A model generated the notes under the pieces. That model was not told the DNA's origin. It made no database searches and saw nothing but the letters and a program-made list of their open reading frames with translations. Position numbers and translations under genes: made by a program. A stretch of DNA of 64,000 bases from Callorhinchus milii (lineage: Eukaryota), in the NCBI RefSeq assembly GCF_018977255.1, contig NW_024704743.1, positions 103,852,001-103,916,000 on the forward strand, given 5' to 3'. Positions 63,446 through 64,000 of this stretch are shown here, in pieces. Each line of letters begins with the position of its first letter. The first letter of the stretch is position 1.

Positions 63446-64000
63446 AAGTCAGCCTTTTTGGAAAATAAAGATAGATTTATGTTCAATTGTGACCCTTGAT
63501 CAGGACTCTCTTTTTGCTCAAATGCTAATGCATTTGCAACTAACTGTACATTTGCAACATTTTCACATTTTCAATTTTAATTAATGACCGCGCTATTGAT
63601 TTCAGGGGAATACTACATCCATGGCATATATAAATACTACTGCTACTAGTCCTAATAATAATCTTTGTTTTTCATAAAACCCTTCATGTTGGGAATGACA
63701 ACAACAACAAAATGACATTTATAGAACGCCTTTCACGTCAGGTGGATGTCCCACTTCAAAGACACTTCACGGGATTTACTGTAAAGTATAATGACCGATA
63801 CTTTAGATGAATGTAGTAGACAATTTGCGGACAGCAAATTTCACAAACAGCCATAAGGTAAATGCAAGATTATGTAGGGTGCACAAGCGAAATTGGGCTA
63901 CAATTTTCGATGGGATAAAAATCAGCATTTTGATATATGCTCAAGGTATTCCTTGTTTACAACATATATTATTGATTACTTCCATCAACAGTCGGTGCTG

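Overview
This is vertebrate genomic DNA from a cartilaginous fish; the repeat families and compact introns suggest a chimaera such as Callorhinchus milii, which is an inference. It holds the 5' part of TRPS1 (GATA-type multi-zinc-finger repressor) on the minus strand. There is a first exon near 16.6-17.0 kb and three coding exons (10825-9888, 7485-6308, 5570-4916) with canonical GT-AG sites and matching phases. They encode 923 aa with seven C2H2 fingers; the GATA-finger and Ikaros-type exons must lie left of position 1. The interval from about 5.6 to 20.1 kb is almost transposon-free, with a CpG- and microsatellite-rich promoter part. The remaining ~44 kb upstream has no recognisable gene and is filled with tRNA/Deu-type SINEs, L2 and CR1 LINE fragments, MITEs and probable solo LTRs. 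The top observation is a 30-codon upstream ORF that starts in exon 1, crosses the splice junction and overlaps the TRPS1 start codon out of frame; it appears, from recollection of the human mRNA, to be conserved in length, frame and partly in peptide sequence. Other observations include paired GATA sites near the TSS, a Cys/His cluster outside the canonical fingers, local inverted duplications and visible SINE/L2 tail sharing. No prokaryote-type system (CRISPR or similar) is present.
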